From a virus, in the IMG/VR virus record IMGVR_UViG_3300045988_041382, positions 1-64,000 of that record: a stretch of DNA of 64,000 bases. One strand, written 5' to 3'. The first letter of the stretch is position 1; the number at the start of each line of letters is the position of its first letter. The notes below the pieces were generated by a model. It ran no database searches and was not told the origin of the DNA. It was given only the letters and a program-made list of their open reading frames with translations. Position numbers and translations under genes: made by a program. Positions 8,568-17,948 of the stretch are shown here, in pieces.

Positions 8568-9284
8568 CTACCACATCCTTACCTGTGCCGTATGCTCCGC
8601 AAACCGCTGTTCTTGCAGTTGAAAGTATGTCGGCTCGATCTCGCACCCCACAAATTCAAATCCGAGGTTGTAGGCCGCTATCCTGCTGCTTCCACTGCCC
8701 AAGTGTGTATCCAGTATGCGCCAGTCCTCTTTTGCGTACTTCTGCAGCAGCCACTCGTACAATGCCACGGGCTTTTGCGTGGGATGGATCCTCTTTTCGT
8801 TCAGCGCCTTGTTGCCCTGCTGGATCGTTCCCTCGGAGATGCTTTTCCCCTGCATCATCCCGCGCCACATATAGCGGAATATATCTACACGGCTTGTCAA
8901 AGAATTGAAGGCAATCTCTCCGTCAGATTGGTCTGAACCATCGTTGCACTTATCCCACACGATAGCTCCAGCGCGGGGCAGCGTGAGGTAGTTTGCTCCC
9001 CAAATGATCTGCGCTTTGCTTACTCTGAATAGTTCGTCGAAAAACGCCTGTCTGGGCGGTGCAATATCAAAACCGGTCTTTTCGTAATGCCCATCCTCCA
9101 CATACAGCCGATTTCCGTTTTTCTGTGTCACGAATTTGCTTCGGCTTTTTCCGCCGTCCTCGCCGATGCCATACGGCGGGTCTACGATGGCAAGGTCAAA
9201 CGCCTTATCCGGCAGCGTCCGCATATACTCCATGCAGTCCACGTTCAATGCGATCTGCGTGCTCATTCCATGTACTCCCTCCAC
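8568..9284 (-). CDS. DNA methyltransferase (N4/N6 MTase family, DPPY motif)
   Basis: IVDPPYGIG near the N-terminus and an LDTHLGSGSS SAM-binding motif near the C-terminus (beta-class order). Confidence 0.9.
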   Translation of the reverse strand: MEGVHGMSTQIALNVDCMEYMRTLPDKAFDLAIVDPPYGIGEDGGKSRSKFVTQKNGNRLYVEDGHYEKTGFDIAPPRQAFFDELFRVSKAQIIWGANYLTLPRAGAIVWDKCNDGSDQSDGEIAFNSLTSRVDIFRYMWRGMMQGKSISEGTIQQGNKALNEKRIHPTQKPVALYEWLLQKYAKEDWRILDTHLGSGSSRIAAYNLGFEFVGCEIEPTYFQLQEQRFAEHTAQVRMW

Positions 9285-9514
9285 TTTTTATCAAGCCCCT
9301 TCGCCCGCAGTGTCCTGCCGTTCATGGTGTACTGGCGCATCCGAAGCATAAAACTTTCCTCGTGGCAGCGGTCGCAGTATCCGCGCATTGCTTTATCCCG
9401 CATCGGGTTCCTCTGCTGCTCGTGCGTCAGGTACACGATGTACTCCGCTTCCATCTCCTTGATGCACTTGGGGCACAGCTTGGCGGTGCGGACTGTCCAG
9501 ATGGCCTTATCCAT
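9263..9514 (-). CDS. hypothetical Cys-rich protein
   Basis: 83-aa ORF with CPKC...CDRC pairs, in an operon. Confidence 0.55.
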   Translation of the reverse strand: MDKAIWTVRTAKLCPKCIKEMEAEYIVYLTHEQQRNPMRDKAMRGYCDRCHEESFMLRMRQYTMNGRTLRAKGLDKKWREYME

Positions 9515-9518
9515 TTAG

Positions 9519-9869
9519 TCAGTCCTCATCCATCATCCAGCGCATCATAACGGCAACGATCTTGATATTATCCTTGTAATTGTCCAGAGAATCGTTGAAG
9601 ATGATATTTTTCTTCCCGATGTATTTTGTGTAGTCATACTCCAATTTTGCGCCCTTACTCTCCTGCCATCCGTGCTGAAAAAGCACCACGTCCGCGCTAT
9701 CCAGCATAGCAAAGCATATACGCATATAGTCCGCTGGCTTCATGCCCTCCGGCAGCTCCGCCGGATTTAGGACGGTGTGACCTTCTTCCTGCAGCATGGC
9801 CGCCGTAGCTTTGAACTGTGCTTTATAATGCGGATTGCCTGTGATACGTCCTGCTATATAAATTTTCAT
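9519..9869 (-). CDS. DUF4406-type nucleoside 2-deoxyribosyltransferase-like protein
   Basis: MKIYIAGRITGNPHYKAQFKA...GHTVLNPAE...GWQESKGAKLEYDY. The ATG at 9869 overlaps the upstream stop. Confidence 0.7.
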   Translation of the reverse strand: MKIYIAGRITGNPHYKAQFKATAAMLQEEGHTVLNPAELPEGMKPADYMRICFAMLDSADVVLFQHGWQESKGAKLEYDYTKYIGKKNIIFNDSLDNYKDNIKIVAVMMRWMMDED

Positions 9870-10438
9870 TTCTCCGTTTCCTCCTCCAGTTTGTCCAGCG
9901 CCTTTCCGATGAGTTTCCAACGGTCAACGCCGATGTCCCGCGCCTCCAGCAGGCCAAGCCGCACCACGTCAGGGGCTACCTTGCCGCCGGTAGCGTCGGA
10001 CACTCTCTGCGCCCAGCCCAATTTTGTTTTCTGCTGGTAGGCTTGCAGCCGTATAAAAACCTCCCGCTTGATCTCCGCCATCGCGCCCTTGGGCTTAAAC
10101 GGCGTGGTGGGTTCGGTCGGCTGCGGTGCTGGGTCTGGCTGGGCTTCGCTTTCATCGCGCTGTTCGCTTTCCTCCTGTACCTGCACAAACGCGCCAATGG
10201 GAAGTATATCATCCTTGTTGAGTATTTTTATCGACGGTACGCCCTCCGGTACGACCGTATAGATGGTGTCCTCATTCTCCACACCCAGCGCAGGAAACTC
10301 CTCAATGGCGTAGGACGTGACATCCTCCGGCAGCACCAGCACGCCACGCACCAGCCCCTCTATGATATGGTTGGTTACGCCCTGCGCTATCTGCATACCG
10401 CCCTTCACGCGGACGATCAGCACCTTTCGTTCCGTCAT
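9866..10438 (-). CDS. hypothetical protein
   Basis: 190-aa ORF, translationally coupled on both sides. Confidence 0.6.
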   Translation of the reverse strand: MTERKVLIVRVKGGMQIAQGVTNHIIEGLVRGVLVLPEDVTSYAIEEFPALGVENEDTIYTVVPEGVPSIKILNKDDILPIGAFVQVQEESEQRDESEAQPDPAPQPTEPTTPFKPKGAMAEIKREVFIRLQAYQQKTKLGWAQRVSDATGGKVAPDVVRLGLLEARDIGVDRWKLIGKALDKLEEETEK

Positions 10439-11106
10439 TTCTGTTTTTCCTTTCGCAGTTCATTTACAGCGTCTACCAGTTCGTTGATCTTATCCTGCAT
10501 GACTTGCGTGTCTGGCGCGTATCTCATAGTCCCGTTTTCGGACTTACGCACGCTCCCGCAGTGAAGAATCTCCTTGGGCTTCTGCACTACTGCTTTCTCA
10601 TTCTCCCACCGCCCGATGCGCTTATAGCCCTTGAAGCCGTTTTCCGCCTCGTACTTGGTGATGCAGTCCTCCTCACCGTCCGTAAAATGTACGGTCGGCT
10701 CATAGAACCCACGCTCCCGGCATTTCTCACACCGGCAGATGCTCTTGATGTACCCCACCCGACCATCCAAAGTCTCCACAAAGTCTCCCTCGTGCAGGCT
10801 CCCCGGCATCATCAACGGTTTCATGGAGCTCATCTTGTCGAGCTCATCCTTTTCCGCATATCCGCAGTTCTTGAGCATCCACCTGATAAGTGCAAAGTCG
10901 TACTTGCCAATGCGAGTAAAATTCTGCGGCAGATCCTCTATATTGCCACTCCAGCCCGTCTGCGTCCCATCGTCCCACTTGAAAATGAAGCTGTGAAACC
11001 GCCCTGACCTCTCGTAAGAAAACACATATCCGGTAAGCGTTTTGGATAATGTGCCATCGGCGCGTTCCAACCTCGCATAATCTCCTGCATGAAAGGTGTA
11101 TATCAT
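10435..11106 (-). CDS. hypothetical protein
   Basis: 223-aa ORF with overlapping stop/start at both ends. Confidence 0.6.
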   Translation of the reverse strand: MIYTFHAGDYARLERADGTLSKTLTGYVFSYERSGRFHSFIFKWDDGTQTGWSGNIEDLPQNFTRIGKYDFALIRWMLKNCGYAEKDELDKMSSMKPLMMPGSLHEGDFVETLDGRVGYIKSICRCEKCRERGFYEPTVHFTDGEEDCITKYEAENGFKGYKRIGRWENEKAVVQKPKEILHCGSVRKSENGTMRYAPDTQVMQDKINELVDAVNELRKEKQK

Positions 11107-11648
11107 TTCTGCTCGACCTCCTTCAGCGCTTTCTCCGCCTCCTCGCGGGTGAGGAAAACGGTCTTACCGATTTCTCCGGCGTTTATACCTGCCAGCGATT
11201 GCCAAACAAACCCTTCTACAATGTCCCACTCGATAAACAAGCCGAACAATTCCACGCGGATGGCTTTAACTTTATACACACTGATCGTTTTTCGACCCGT
11301 TACTTCGTAAAGCCTATCGCCTACCTTGCAAGGCGGCACCACCACGCGCCCGTCCTTGTCGGCCTCTGCCAGCTCTCGCAGTCTGGTATAGCTGCAAAGG
11401 CTTTCTAAATCAGCAAGACGCATCAGTTTCAGCGCGATCTCGTCTGCCTTATCTTTCGGCAGAACCTCCTCCGGCGCACACCCGCTGTCCTCGTAGGCGG
11501 CGACGCGATCCTTGAGGCGATTGCGGCAGTACAGCGCGGTGCAGTCAACCATCGGCTTACCATGCTTACCCGTCCAATCCGCTTTGCACTTCTTGCAGTC
11601 CATCATTGCCTGTCCATCGGTGTCGCGCTTCGTCAGTCGTTCATTCAT
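11103..11648 (-). CDS. hypothetical protein
   Basis: MNERLTKRDTDGQ... The ATG at 11648 overlaps the upstream stop (ATGA). Confidence 0.6.
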   Translation of the reverse strand: MNERLTKRDTDGQAMMDCKKCKADWTGKHGKPMVDCTALYCRNRLKDRVAAYEDSGCAPEEVLPKDKADEIALKLMRLADLESLCSYTRLRELAEADKDGRVVVPPCKVGDRLYEVTGRKTISVYKVKAIRVELFGLFIEWDIVEGFVWQSLAGINAGEIGKTVFLTREEAEKALKEVEQK

Positions 11649-12196
11649 TTCTGCTCCTCCACATAGCACCAGCTTTGCGGTGCTTTAGTAATCGCCGCTG
11701 GAATCATGCAATTTTCATCATAGATACAGGCTGTGCTTTCGTACCCGCTTTTGCTGCATGATTTGCATTTTTTCCAAGTGTGAAATTCTATCAGTTCCTT
11801 CGGCGCGTCGTAGATTTTCAGGTCGGAGATATGCCAACCGTAAATATAGTGTTTTCCCTCTTCGGAATATTTGAAATAGATATCTTCGCGGCGAACACAG
11901 GATTGCTGTTCGGCAATGTCTGCATTTGCCATCTCACATCGTTGTAGGATGTAGTCGCACACAAACTCGCCGATAACCTTGCCGTTGCATCTGCCGACCG
12001 TATTGGTCCGGACGGTATCCCTGTCCAGATTTCCACCCTTTACGGAGATATACGGATGACCACTTGTGCAGTAGATATAGCACTTAAACGGTACCTCCAG
12101 TTTCGGCACGGACTTACGCAATTCCATAGTTTTTCTGCCAATGATGATTTTCGCGCACCACTTCGGGCGAATGCTTATCATAACGGCCTTGCTCAT
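11645..12196 (-). CDS. ASCH (PUA-like) domain protein
   Basis: MSKAVMISIRPKWCAKIIIGRKTMELRKS is typical of an ASCH N-terminus. The ATG at 12196 overlaps the upstream stop. Confidence 0.7.
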   Translation of the reverse strand: MSKAVMISIRPKWCAKIIIGRKTMELRKSVPKLEVPFKCYIYCTSGHPYISVKGGNLDRDTVRTNTVGRCNGKVIGEFVCDYILQRCEMANADIAEQQSCVRREDIYFKYSEEGKHYIYGWHISDLKIYDAPKELIEFHTWKKCKSCSKSGYESTACIYDENCMIPAAITKAPQSWCYVEEQK

Positions 12197-12555
12197 GCCT
12201 TTTCCTCCTTCCACGGCGTATCCACGCACTCCGGTTTCTTGCAGCGCATCTCGATTGCCCACAGAAGGTTCCACGCCGCCGCCAGAAGGTGATCCTCGTC
12301 TTCCTGCCCGTCCAGATACTTTGCCGCGTGTCGCATGGCGCTGTCCATCAGGCTGCTGGTGAGGATCCCTTTATCGACGTTATGCGTCCCATATTTGAGC
12401 GCCCCTGCCTCGCAGTGTTTGCTTACCTCTATAATCGCCGCCCACGGCAGAAGATCCATGCGGCCTTTCCCGCTGTGCATATCCCGCTGCGCCCCGCTGC
12501 TGAAGGTGGTACGCTCTCCGCTGTCCTTGATGCCGGCTTTTTCACATACGATCAT
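12193..12555 (-). CDS. DUF5664-type dATP/dGTP diphosphohydrolase-like domain protein
   Basis: FSSGAQRDMHSGKGRMDLLPW...HCEAGALKYG...RHAAKYL follows the family pattern. Confidence 0.65.
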   Translation of the reverse strand: MIVCEKAGIKDSGERTTFSSGAQRDMHSGKGRMDLLPWAAIIEVSKHCEAGALKYGTHNVDKGILTSSLMDSAMRHAAKYLDGQEDEDHLLAAAWNLLWAIEMRCKKPECVDTPWKEEKA

Positions 12556-13145
12556 GTTTCTATCTCTCCTTTCGGTCGTTCCAACGGTCTGTACGCCGTC
12601 TGCGTTCCCTCAATGTGCGGCATGAGCCAAACACACCACATCACATCCATCAATGGGCTGCCGCCGTGGCCGTCCTTGAAAAAGAAGTCCGGCCGCCATG
12701 TCAGGGGCAGAATGTAACTGGGCGGGAACTCATCAAACAAAGATAAGCGGCGTTTCGCGTGCCAGAACTGTGACTTCACCAGAAACGCAAAGGGCTTGCC
12801 CAGAGACGCCGCCTTGCGGATAAATTCCTCTGCCCGCGCAAAGGGCGGGTTTGTGATGATCCAGTCAAAGCCTAAATGTATATCCGGCGTATCAGGTGCT
12901 TCCAGAAAATCAAGCCCATAGAGTATGTCCGTCCCGAACGACTCACCGTACCCGCACGCCCTGATCGTATCCAGCATATCCCCCTCGCCCACCGCCGGTT
13001 CCCAGATCACCGTGTTCTCCGGCAGACGAAGGAAATCCAGCAGTGCCACCGTCACCTCCGGCGGCGTCGGGTAAAAATCCGACTCGCGTCGGCCAATCGC
13101 GCTGTTTCCGCCCGCTATGCGGCTCGCCTGTAAATTATCCATCAC
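12552..13145 (-). CDS. N6-adenine DNA methyltransferase-like (NPPF motif)
   Basis: FYPTPPEVT, then WEPAVGEG, then WIITNPPFARAEEF. Confidence 0.75.
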   Translation of the reverse strand: MMDNLQASRIAGGNSAIGRRESDFYPTPPEVTVALLDFLRLPENTVIWEPAVGEGDMLDTIRACGYGESFGTDILYGLDFLEAPDTPDIHLGFDWIITNPPFARAEEFIRKAASLGKPFAFLVKSQFWHAKRRLSLFDEFPPSYILPLTWRPDFFFKDGHGGSPLMDVMWCVWLMPHIEGTQTAYRPLERPKGEIET

Positions 13146-13503
13146 GGCCTCCTATCATTCTCATCAGCATCAGCCTTTGCATATACGATTCATCAAGCCG
13201 GTATGTAACCTTCGGCTTGAACTCCATAAATGTCGGCCGGGGTTCTGCCCCGCCTATATCGCGCACATCTGCAAGGCCATCAAGGAACTTGTGTGCGGTC
13301 TGCATGAAGAACGCCGCCGCGATCTGCTGCTCCTCGGTAAAGCTCCCCGGCTTCGCGCCCAGGACGAACTTGCACCAGTTATAAACCTCGTCAGCACCGT
13401 ACTGCTTCGCCCTCAGATTGAGGGCTTTCAGCGCCTTTTGAACTTCATTGAAAAGCGCACTCTTCTCCGCATAGCCAAACTCCGCCTTTTTGATCTCGCT
13501 CAT
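13135..13503 (-). CDS. hypothetical protein
   Basis: MSEIKKAEFGY... The ATG at 13503 overlaps the upstream stop. The longer ORF-track start lies inside the upstream gene. Confidence 0.55.
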   Translation of the reverse strand: MSEIKKAEFGYAEKSALFNEVQKALKALNLRAKQYGADEVYNWCKFVLGAKPGSFTEEQQIAAAFFMQTAHKFLDGLADVRDIGGAEPRPTFMEFKPKVTYRLDESYMQRLMLMRMIGGRDG

Positions 13504-14252
13504 TCCTGCACCTTCCACGGAAAGGCAGAGGCGGGCAAATCGGGGTAATAGGTCCGCAGGTTGTCCTTGTAGAAAACTGGGATCTCGTTCTCGGCGCAGA
13601 AATCGGTGATGTGATCCACCCACGCACGTTCCGGCACCACCTTGTCCGTGCGGTTTCCTGTTTCCGCGCCGACGATCACCCAGCAGGGCAGGCCCTCGGT
13701 ACATTCCCGCATATTGACCGGCCCCAGCAGCGGCTCCATGCTCCAAAAGGCGTTTATGCCGCTCTCCGTCATGGGGTGCATGGCCTTTGCGTCCTCGCTT
13801 GCCACGGTACTGCCATACCAGAAATTTTTCTCATGCGGCAGCAGGGCGATGTGGTCTAATTCAAGATAGCGGGTCGGATTTTTTGTGAGAAACAAATAGC
13901 GGTGCCACGGTGCGCGCTTGCAGGCATCCAGCACCTCGATGATCCATGAGGTCGGCACCCAACGCCCGAACAGGTCAGCCATGGAGCAGACGAAAACCGT
14001 CTGCGGCTCTGCTATGCGCTCCGGCTGGTTCAGCCGGTAGCGGTGCAGGGTAGGCGCGAACCCAAACGGGTACGGCGTCGCCTTAATCTTTGTGTCGAGG
14101 ACGTGCAGGCCGTCGGCGCGCGGCGCGCGATCTTCCAACCTCGCGTCGAAACGGTGCGCCGTTCTGCTTGCGTAACAGTAGGCACACCCGTGGCGGCAGC
14201 CGGTCACGGGGTTCCATGACATATCCGCCCAGTCAATTTTCGTCTTGTTCAT
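13500..14252 (-). CDS. phage Gp37/Gp68 family (DUF5131) protein
   Basis: MNKTKIDWADMSWNPVTGCRHGCAYCYA is the family N-terminal signature. AAAGGAG RBS before the ATG at 14252. Confidence 0.85.
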   Translation of the reverse strand: MNKTKIDWADMSWNPVTGCRHGCAYCYASRTAHRFDARLEDRAPRADGLHVLDTKIKATPYPFGFAPTLHRYRLNQPERIAEPQTVFVCSMADLFGRWVPTSWIIEVLDACKRAPWHRYLFLTKNPTRYLELDHIALLPHEKNFWYGSTVASEDAKAMHPMTESGINAFWSMEPLLGPVNMRECTEGLPCWVIVGAETGNRTDKVVPERAWVDHITDFCAENEIPVFYKDNLRTYYPDLPASAFPWKVQE

Positions 14253-14272
14253 TGTTTGGTTCTCCTTTCGCT

Positions 14273-15346
14273 CTAATACCTCACTCCGATGTAGTCCAGC
14301 ACCCGCGCATAGCCGAGGCCGTCTTTCGTGGGCTTCCACAGCCCGTCCGTGTCGAACGCACCACCGCCGATGCAGAACTGGTAGTGCTTCGGGTGTGTGC
14401 GCCTCATGCGCTCAAATCGGTTTTCGCCCTTTTCGAGATGTGCCCCAAAGCCGCAGAACATACAGCCCGTCCTCTGGCATCCTGTGCAGCGCAGCTTGCA
14501 GTCGATCAGCGTCGCGCCGTAGTCGTTCTCGCCGTCGCTGGCCACGATGTCGCCGTATACGCTGGCGTAAAAGAGATGGTTGTCTATGATGAACCGAAGC
14601 ACGTCCTGCTCCGTCCAGAAACTCATGGGCTTAGATAAGGGACGCTTTCCTTCAAAGGCGTTGCAGCCAGTTTCGCGCCATTTTTGCATCCGCAAAAGAC
14701 TTTCCTCCGCCATTGTTGCCGTCGTGGGCTTGACATCCGCTCGGTGCTCATAGCTCTTTGATGGGGACTTTTTCATAATTCCACAACACTTGTCTGATAT
14801 GAGAAATGGAGCCGAAAGCAAATACCCCCACTTTTCACAGTTGTACATGCTCTTTTCCCCATCGGCGCGTAAGACTTCCCCACGCAATAGCTTCATACTG
14901 CGGCTCTCCGGTGATCGCCGCGCGGTTTCTATCCGGTGCGCCACATCTTTTCCTATGACGCTATACCCGTACTTCGTCACCACCTGTCGAATGTTCATCT
15001 TCGGGCGTAGACGGTGAAGGTTTACGGTCACGCGGGGAAACTCCCTCCGCAGCCAGTCGGCGTACTCATTCACGAACTTCTGAATTTCAGGGTATTCCAG
15101 ACCCGTGTTAACAAACACCAGATTCAACTCCCACGGCGGCGTCCTGAAACTTGCCAGATACCGTGCCGCCAGATACGCCAGCACCGTGCTGTCCTTTCCG
15201 CCGCTGAAGCTGACGTAGCACTGTCCGCCCCATGCGGTGTACCACTCGTCCAGCTTTTCGTAGGTCAGTATCTCCTTGTCCTGCACGTCCAGCGCCATCA
15301 GTTTCTTCGCCGCCTCATTTGTCAGCGGCTGGTTCATCCGTCCCAT
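14273..15346 (-). CDS. PAPS-reductase-family (PP-loop ATP pyrophosphatase) protein with C-terminal Cys cluster
   Basis: PP-loop SFSGGKDSTVL. C-terminal Cys cluster CKLRCTGCQRTGCMFCGFG. Confidence 0.85.
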   Translation of the reverse strand: MGRMNQPLTNEAAKKLMALDVQDKEILTYEKLDEWYTAWGGQCYVSFSGGKDSTVLAYLAARYLASFRTPPWELNLVFVNTGLEYPEIQKFVNEYADWLRREFPRVTVNLHRLRPKMNIRQVVTKYGYSVIGKDVAHRIETARRSPESRSMKLLRGEVLRADGEKSMYNCEKWGYLLSAPFLISDKCCGIMKKSPSKSYEHRADVKPTTATMAEESLLRMQKWRETGCNAFEGKRPLSKPMSFWTEQDVLRFIIDNHLFYASVYGDIVASDGENDYGATLIDCKLRCTGCQRTGCMFCGFGAHLEKGENRFERMRRTHPKHYQFCIGGGAFDTDGLWKPTKDGLGYARVLDYIGVRY

Positions 15347-15367
15347 GTCTGCTTTCTCCCACTCCCA

Positions 15368-15676
15368 TCACAGGCAGAACTGAAGGTGGTCCTGCAAAGT
15401 CTTTTTCGCACGGTTCACGCTCCGGCTGACCGTGCTCTTATTTACGTCGTGCAGTGCTGCGATCTCCGTCACCGTCATGCCGCCATCGTACATCTCGCTC
15501 AGGTACATCCACTGATCGTCTGTCAATTTCAGCGCCGCTTTTGGGAAGTGCCGACGCAGCCGAAGCAGGGCGCCGAGGTTCGCGTCCCTGTCCAGCAGCA
15601 TTTCATCCACCCTGCCGCCCAGCACTTCGTCCAGCAGGACGTCCGTCGCCACATCTCCCATCCTCCGCATAGTCAC
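15368..15676 (-). CDS. sigma-70 region-4-like HTH protein
   Basis: LSEMYDGGMTVTEIAALHDVNKSTVSRSVNRAKKTL. Confidence 0.6.
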   Translation of the reverse strand: MTMRRMGDVATDVLLDEVLGGRVDEMLLDRDANLGALLRLRRHFPKAALKLTDDQWMYLSEMYDGGMTVTEIAALHDVNKSTVSRSVNRAKKTLQDHLQFCL

Positions 15677-15678
15677 GG

Positions 15679-16104
15679 TTACACATCCTCCCTGCCGTGG
15701 TAGCTCCTAACGAACTCACATTCCGCCTCTGCTGCGTTCACGGGCAGAGTAACGATAAAAGACGCGATGGAGAAGTAGTATCCCCCATTGCCCCCATCAG
15801 CGTTGGACTCGATCATACAAATAGCATTGCGGTTGTGCATAATCGTCACTCGCGCCTTGCATCCATAGGTGTCATAATCTTCCCACGGTTCATATTCTAT
15901 GTCCGATACCGCAGTAATCGCGGCGTCCAGTTTTACCTCCGAGAACTTCGATTCGACCCTTGCGCAGCAGTCCCAGTCCGTCATCTCAACCCGCAGTTTC
16001 AACCCGGTATCCAGTTCGATATGCTCCGCGTCCCACGCCACGATCTTCCGGTACAACAGTAGTTCTTTCAACTCATCAAAGCTAATTTCTTTTCTCATTT
16101 TCAT
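15679..16104 (-). CDS. hypothetical protein
   Basis: 141-aa ORF in an operon. Confidence 0.6.
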   Translation of the reverse strand: MKMRKEISFDELKELLLYRKIVAWDAEHIELDTGLKLRVEMTDWDCCARVESKFSEVKLDAAITAVSDIEYEPWEDYDTYGCKARVTIMHNRNAICMIESNADGGNGGYYFSIASFIVTLPVNAAEAECEFVRSYHGREDV

Positions 16105-16110
16105 CCCTCC

Positions 16111-16668
16111 TTATACCTCGTCACCCCAGCAGTCCCAGCCGTCCACCTGTTGGCGGGCAAACAGTTCGATGCGGGGTATATCTCCCATCAGTTCCACGAT
16201 CCGGTCTCTCACCTCATCCGGCTTTCTGCTGTGCTCCCGCACGTGGCTCAGCACCACACTGTGTACGCCCTTACTCACACGCTTCGGCTTGCCCCTTGTC
16301 GCCAGCAGACACAGCTCCGCGTTGGCCCGGGTCCAGAAACCCAGACCCCAAAACAGCCCATCCGACTTCCTGTTCTGCTTTACCCATGTAAACGCGCAGG
16401 TCTTGTAGGTAAAGCCCCACTTACGGATCAGCTCCAAGCCTTCCTCCAAACACGGCATAGTCACCCACAGAAACAGCACGCAGTCCTCCGCCGCTATGCC
16501 CTGCACCGGCAGCGCCTGTATGTCCTCTTTCCTCATGCAGGCATAGTGGCTTTGCGCTGACTTTTTCTCTGTGCCTTTGGGGCTGTACGTTTTGAACGTC
16601 CACGGAGGATCCGCGTAGATCACGTCGTACTTCTTATCAGTCTCTAAAATGTCTACTACCATATCCAA
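16111..16668 (-). CDS. MT-A70-family DNA methyltransferase (DPPW motif)
   Basis: DVIYADPPWTFKTYS. First gene of the minus-strand operon. Confidence 0.9.
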   Translation of the reverse strand: MDMVVDILETDKKYDVIYADPPWTFKTYSPKGTEKKSAQSHYACMRKEDIQALPVQGIAAEDCVLFLWVTMPCLEEGLELIRKWGFTYKTCAFTWVKQNRKSDGLFWGLGFWTRANAELCLLATRGKPKRVSKGVHSVVLSHVREHSRKPDEVRDRIVELMGDIPRIELFARQQVDGWDCWGDEV

Positions 16669-16734
16669 AACACTCCCTCAATCTAACTTGACGGCCACTT
16701 GCTCCCGGCCCTTTGGCAACCGGTAGTCTAATCG

Positions 16735-16746
16735 CCGTGTCAAGGG
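16735..16746 (-). promoter_or_regulatory. conserved CCCTTGACACGG promoter-type motif
   Basis: Exact 12-mer on the minus strand, ~70 nt upstream of the MT-A70 start. A second, GTTGACACGG copy lies at 16780-16789. Confidence 0.45.
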
Positions 16747-17164
16747 AAGCATGAAAACTTTTTCACCCCCATATAACATCCGTGTCAACACCATGCCGCC
16801 GCCCTCGCACCACCGCCGCACTAAGGACGTACCTTCCCCTCACATATATGGCGCTTGCGCCCGCCGAAATTTTTATTTTTCGACCTCGGCCTTTTGGCCG
16901 TTTTGTTTTTTCGACCCGGTTTCAAAACCACCCCCCCTACCCCTAACTTGCCGGTAACTTGCTTGAGAAACGCGGATTGGTGTGCCGGAGTGGGGAACAT
17001 GGAGGCGGGGGGGAGAGTTGCGTAGCAGGGAGAAAAGGCTTTGCCCTTCCGGTTTGTAAACCTCCCCCCCCCTGGTTGCCGTCCTGGAGGTGGTCAGGGG
17101 GTGGCGGTGGCGGTCATTTCCGCCGGATTTTGCAGGAAATACGCCCGCCGCCGGGGTGCTTTCC

Positions 17165-17189
17165 TTTACATATTGTTCTAATATGTAAA
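17165..17189. repeat. perfect 10-bp inverted repeat (operator/origin-like)
   Basis: TTTACATATT-gttct-AATATGTAAA within an AT-rich patch of the gene-free region. Confidence 0.6.
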
Positions 17190-17436
17190 CAAATGTTCCG
17201 ATTTTTGCAAGTTCTCTTTCATTTCGCCCCCTTTCGGTCTCTGATTTGACGATTTCCGCCGGTTTTGGCTGTTTTGTCGGTGGTAGCTGCCGCCTGCCGG
17301 ATGGTCAGCGCATGGAGCCGGGGCACCCGCCGCCGCTGCCGGTCGCCGTCGGTCAGCTGTTCAGCCCGGAACATAGGCCGCCGGGCGACTCTCCTTCCCT
17401 CCCCTCGCCGCCGCTTTTTTCTTCCGGTCAGTGCCT

Positions 17437-17780
17437 CCCGCTGGTGGTCTCCGTCCTTCTCCGGTATTCTCCTGCTTCGGGCGTCCCGCTGGGGTTTTTG
17501 GTGCTCGTTTCTATTCCGCTGGGGTGGTTATATACGGGGATATATTCTTTCTTTATTCAACCGCGCCCGGAATAAACGCGCGCGCACGCGTAAGGGCTGG
17601 CGGCGGTCTTTCCCGCTTCTTTGCCCTCTGCGGGGCTGCTGGCAGCGTTTTTCTTTGGCGGTCGGTGTCGGGGCATTCCTTCAACGCCCGGAAAGCGTGG
17701 CGGGGCGTTTCTGTCCGTTTTCTATATTTCCGGGGGCATTGTCAAAAATCCGCACGGGCATAAAATTAGCACCGCTGGGG
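17437..17780. repeat. dispersed CCGCTGGGG iteron-like repeats
   Basis: CCGCTGGGG at 17486-17494, 17516-17524 and 17772-17780, with the variant CCCGCTGGTGG at 17437-17447. The first and third copies (17486-17494, 17772-17780) are followed by T-runs. Confidence 0.5.
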
Positions 17781-17948
17781 CGGTTTTTGTTCCGTCCTGG
17801 CGGTGCTGGTTTAGGCTTCTTTTGTTGTCTGTTCTGGGTCAGGTGGTGACGATCTCGGCGGGGCGTTAAAATGCGATTGTGACAGTAAAAAGACAGCTCC
17901 AGCGGCACGAATACCGCCGAAGCTGCTTTTTTGTTGCCGGATGGGAGG

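Noticed and set aside
16669-17948. CRISPR array, DGR or retron in the repeat-rich non-coding regions
   Set aside because: The repeats are short (9-12 nt), irregularly spaced and not separated by uniform spacers. No cas genes or reverse transcriptase are recognisable anywhere in the window.
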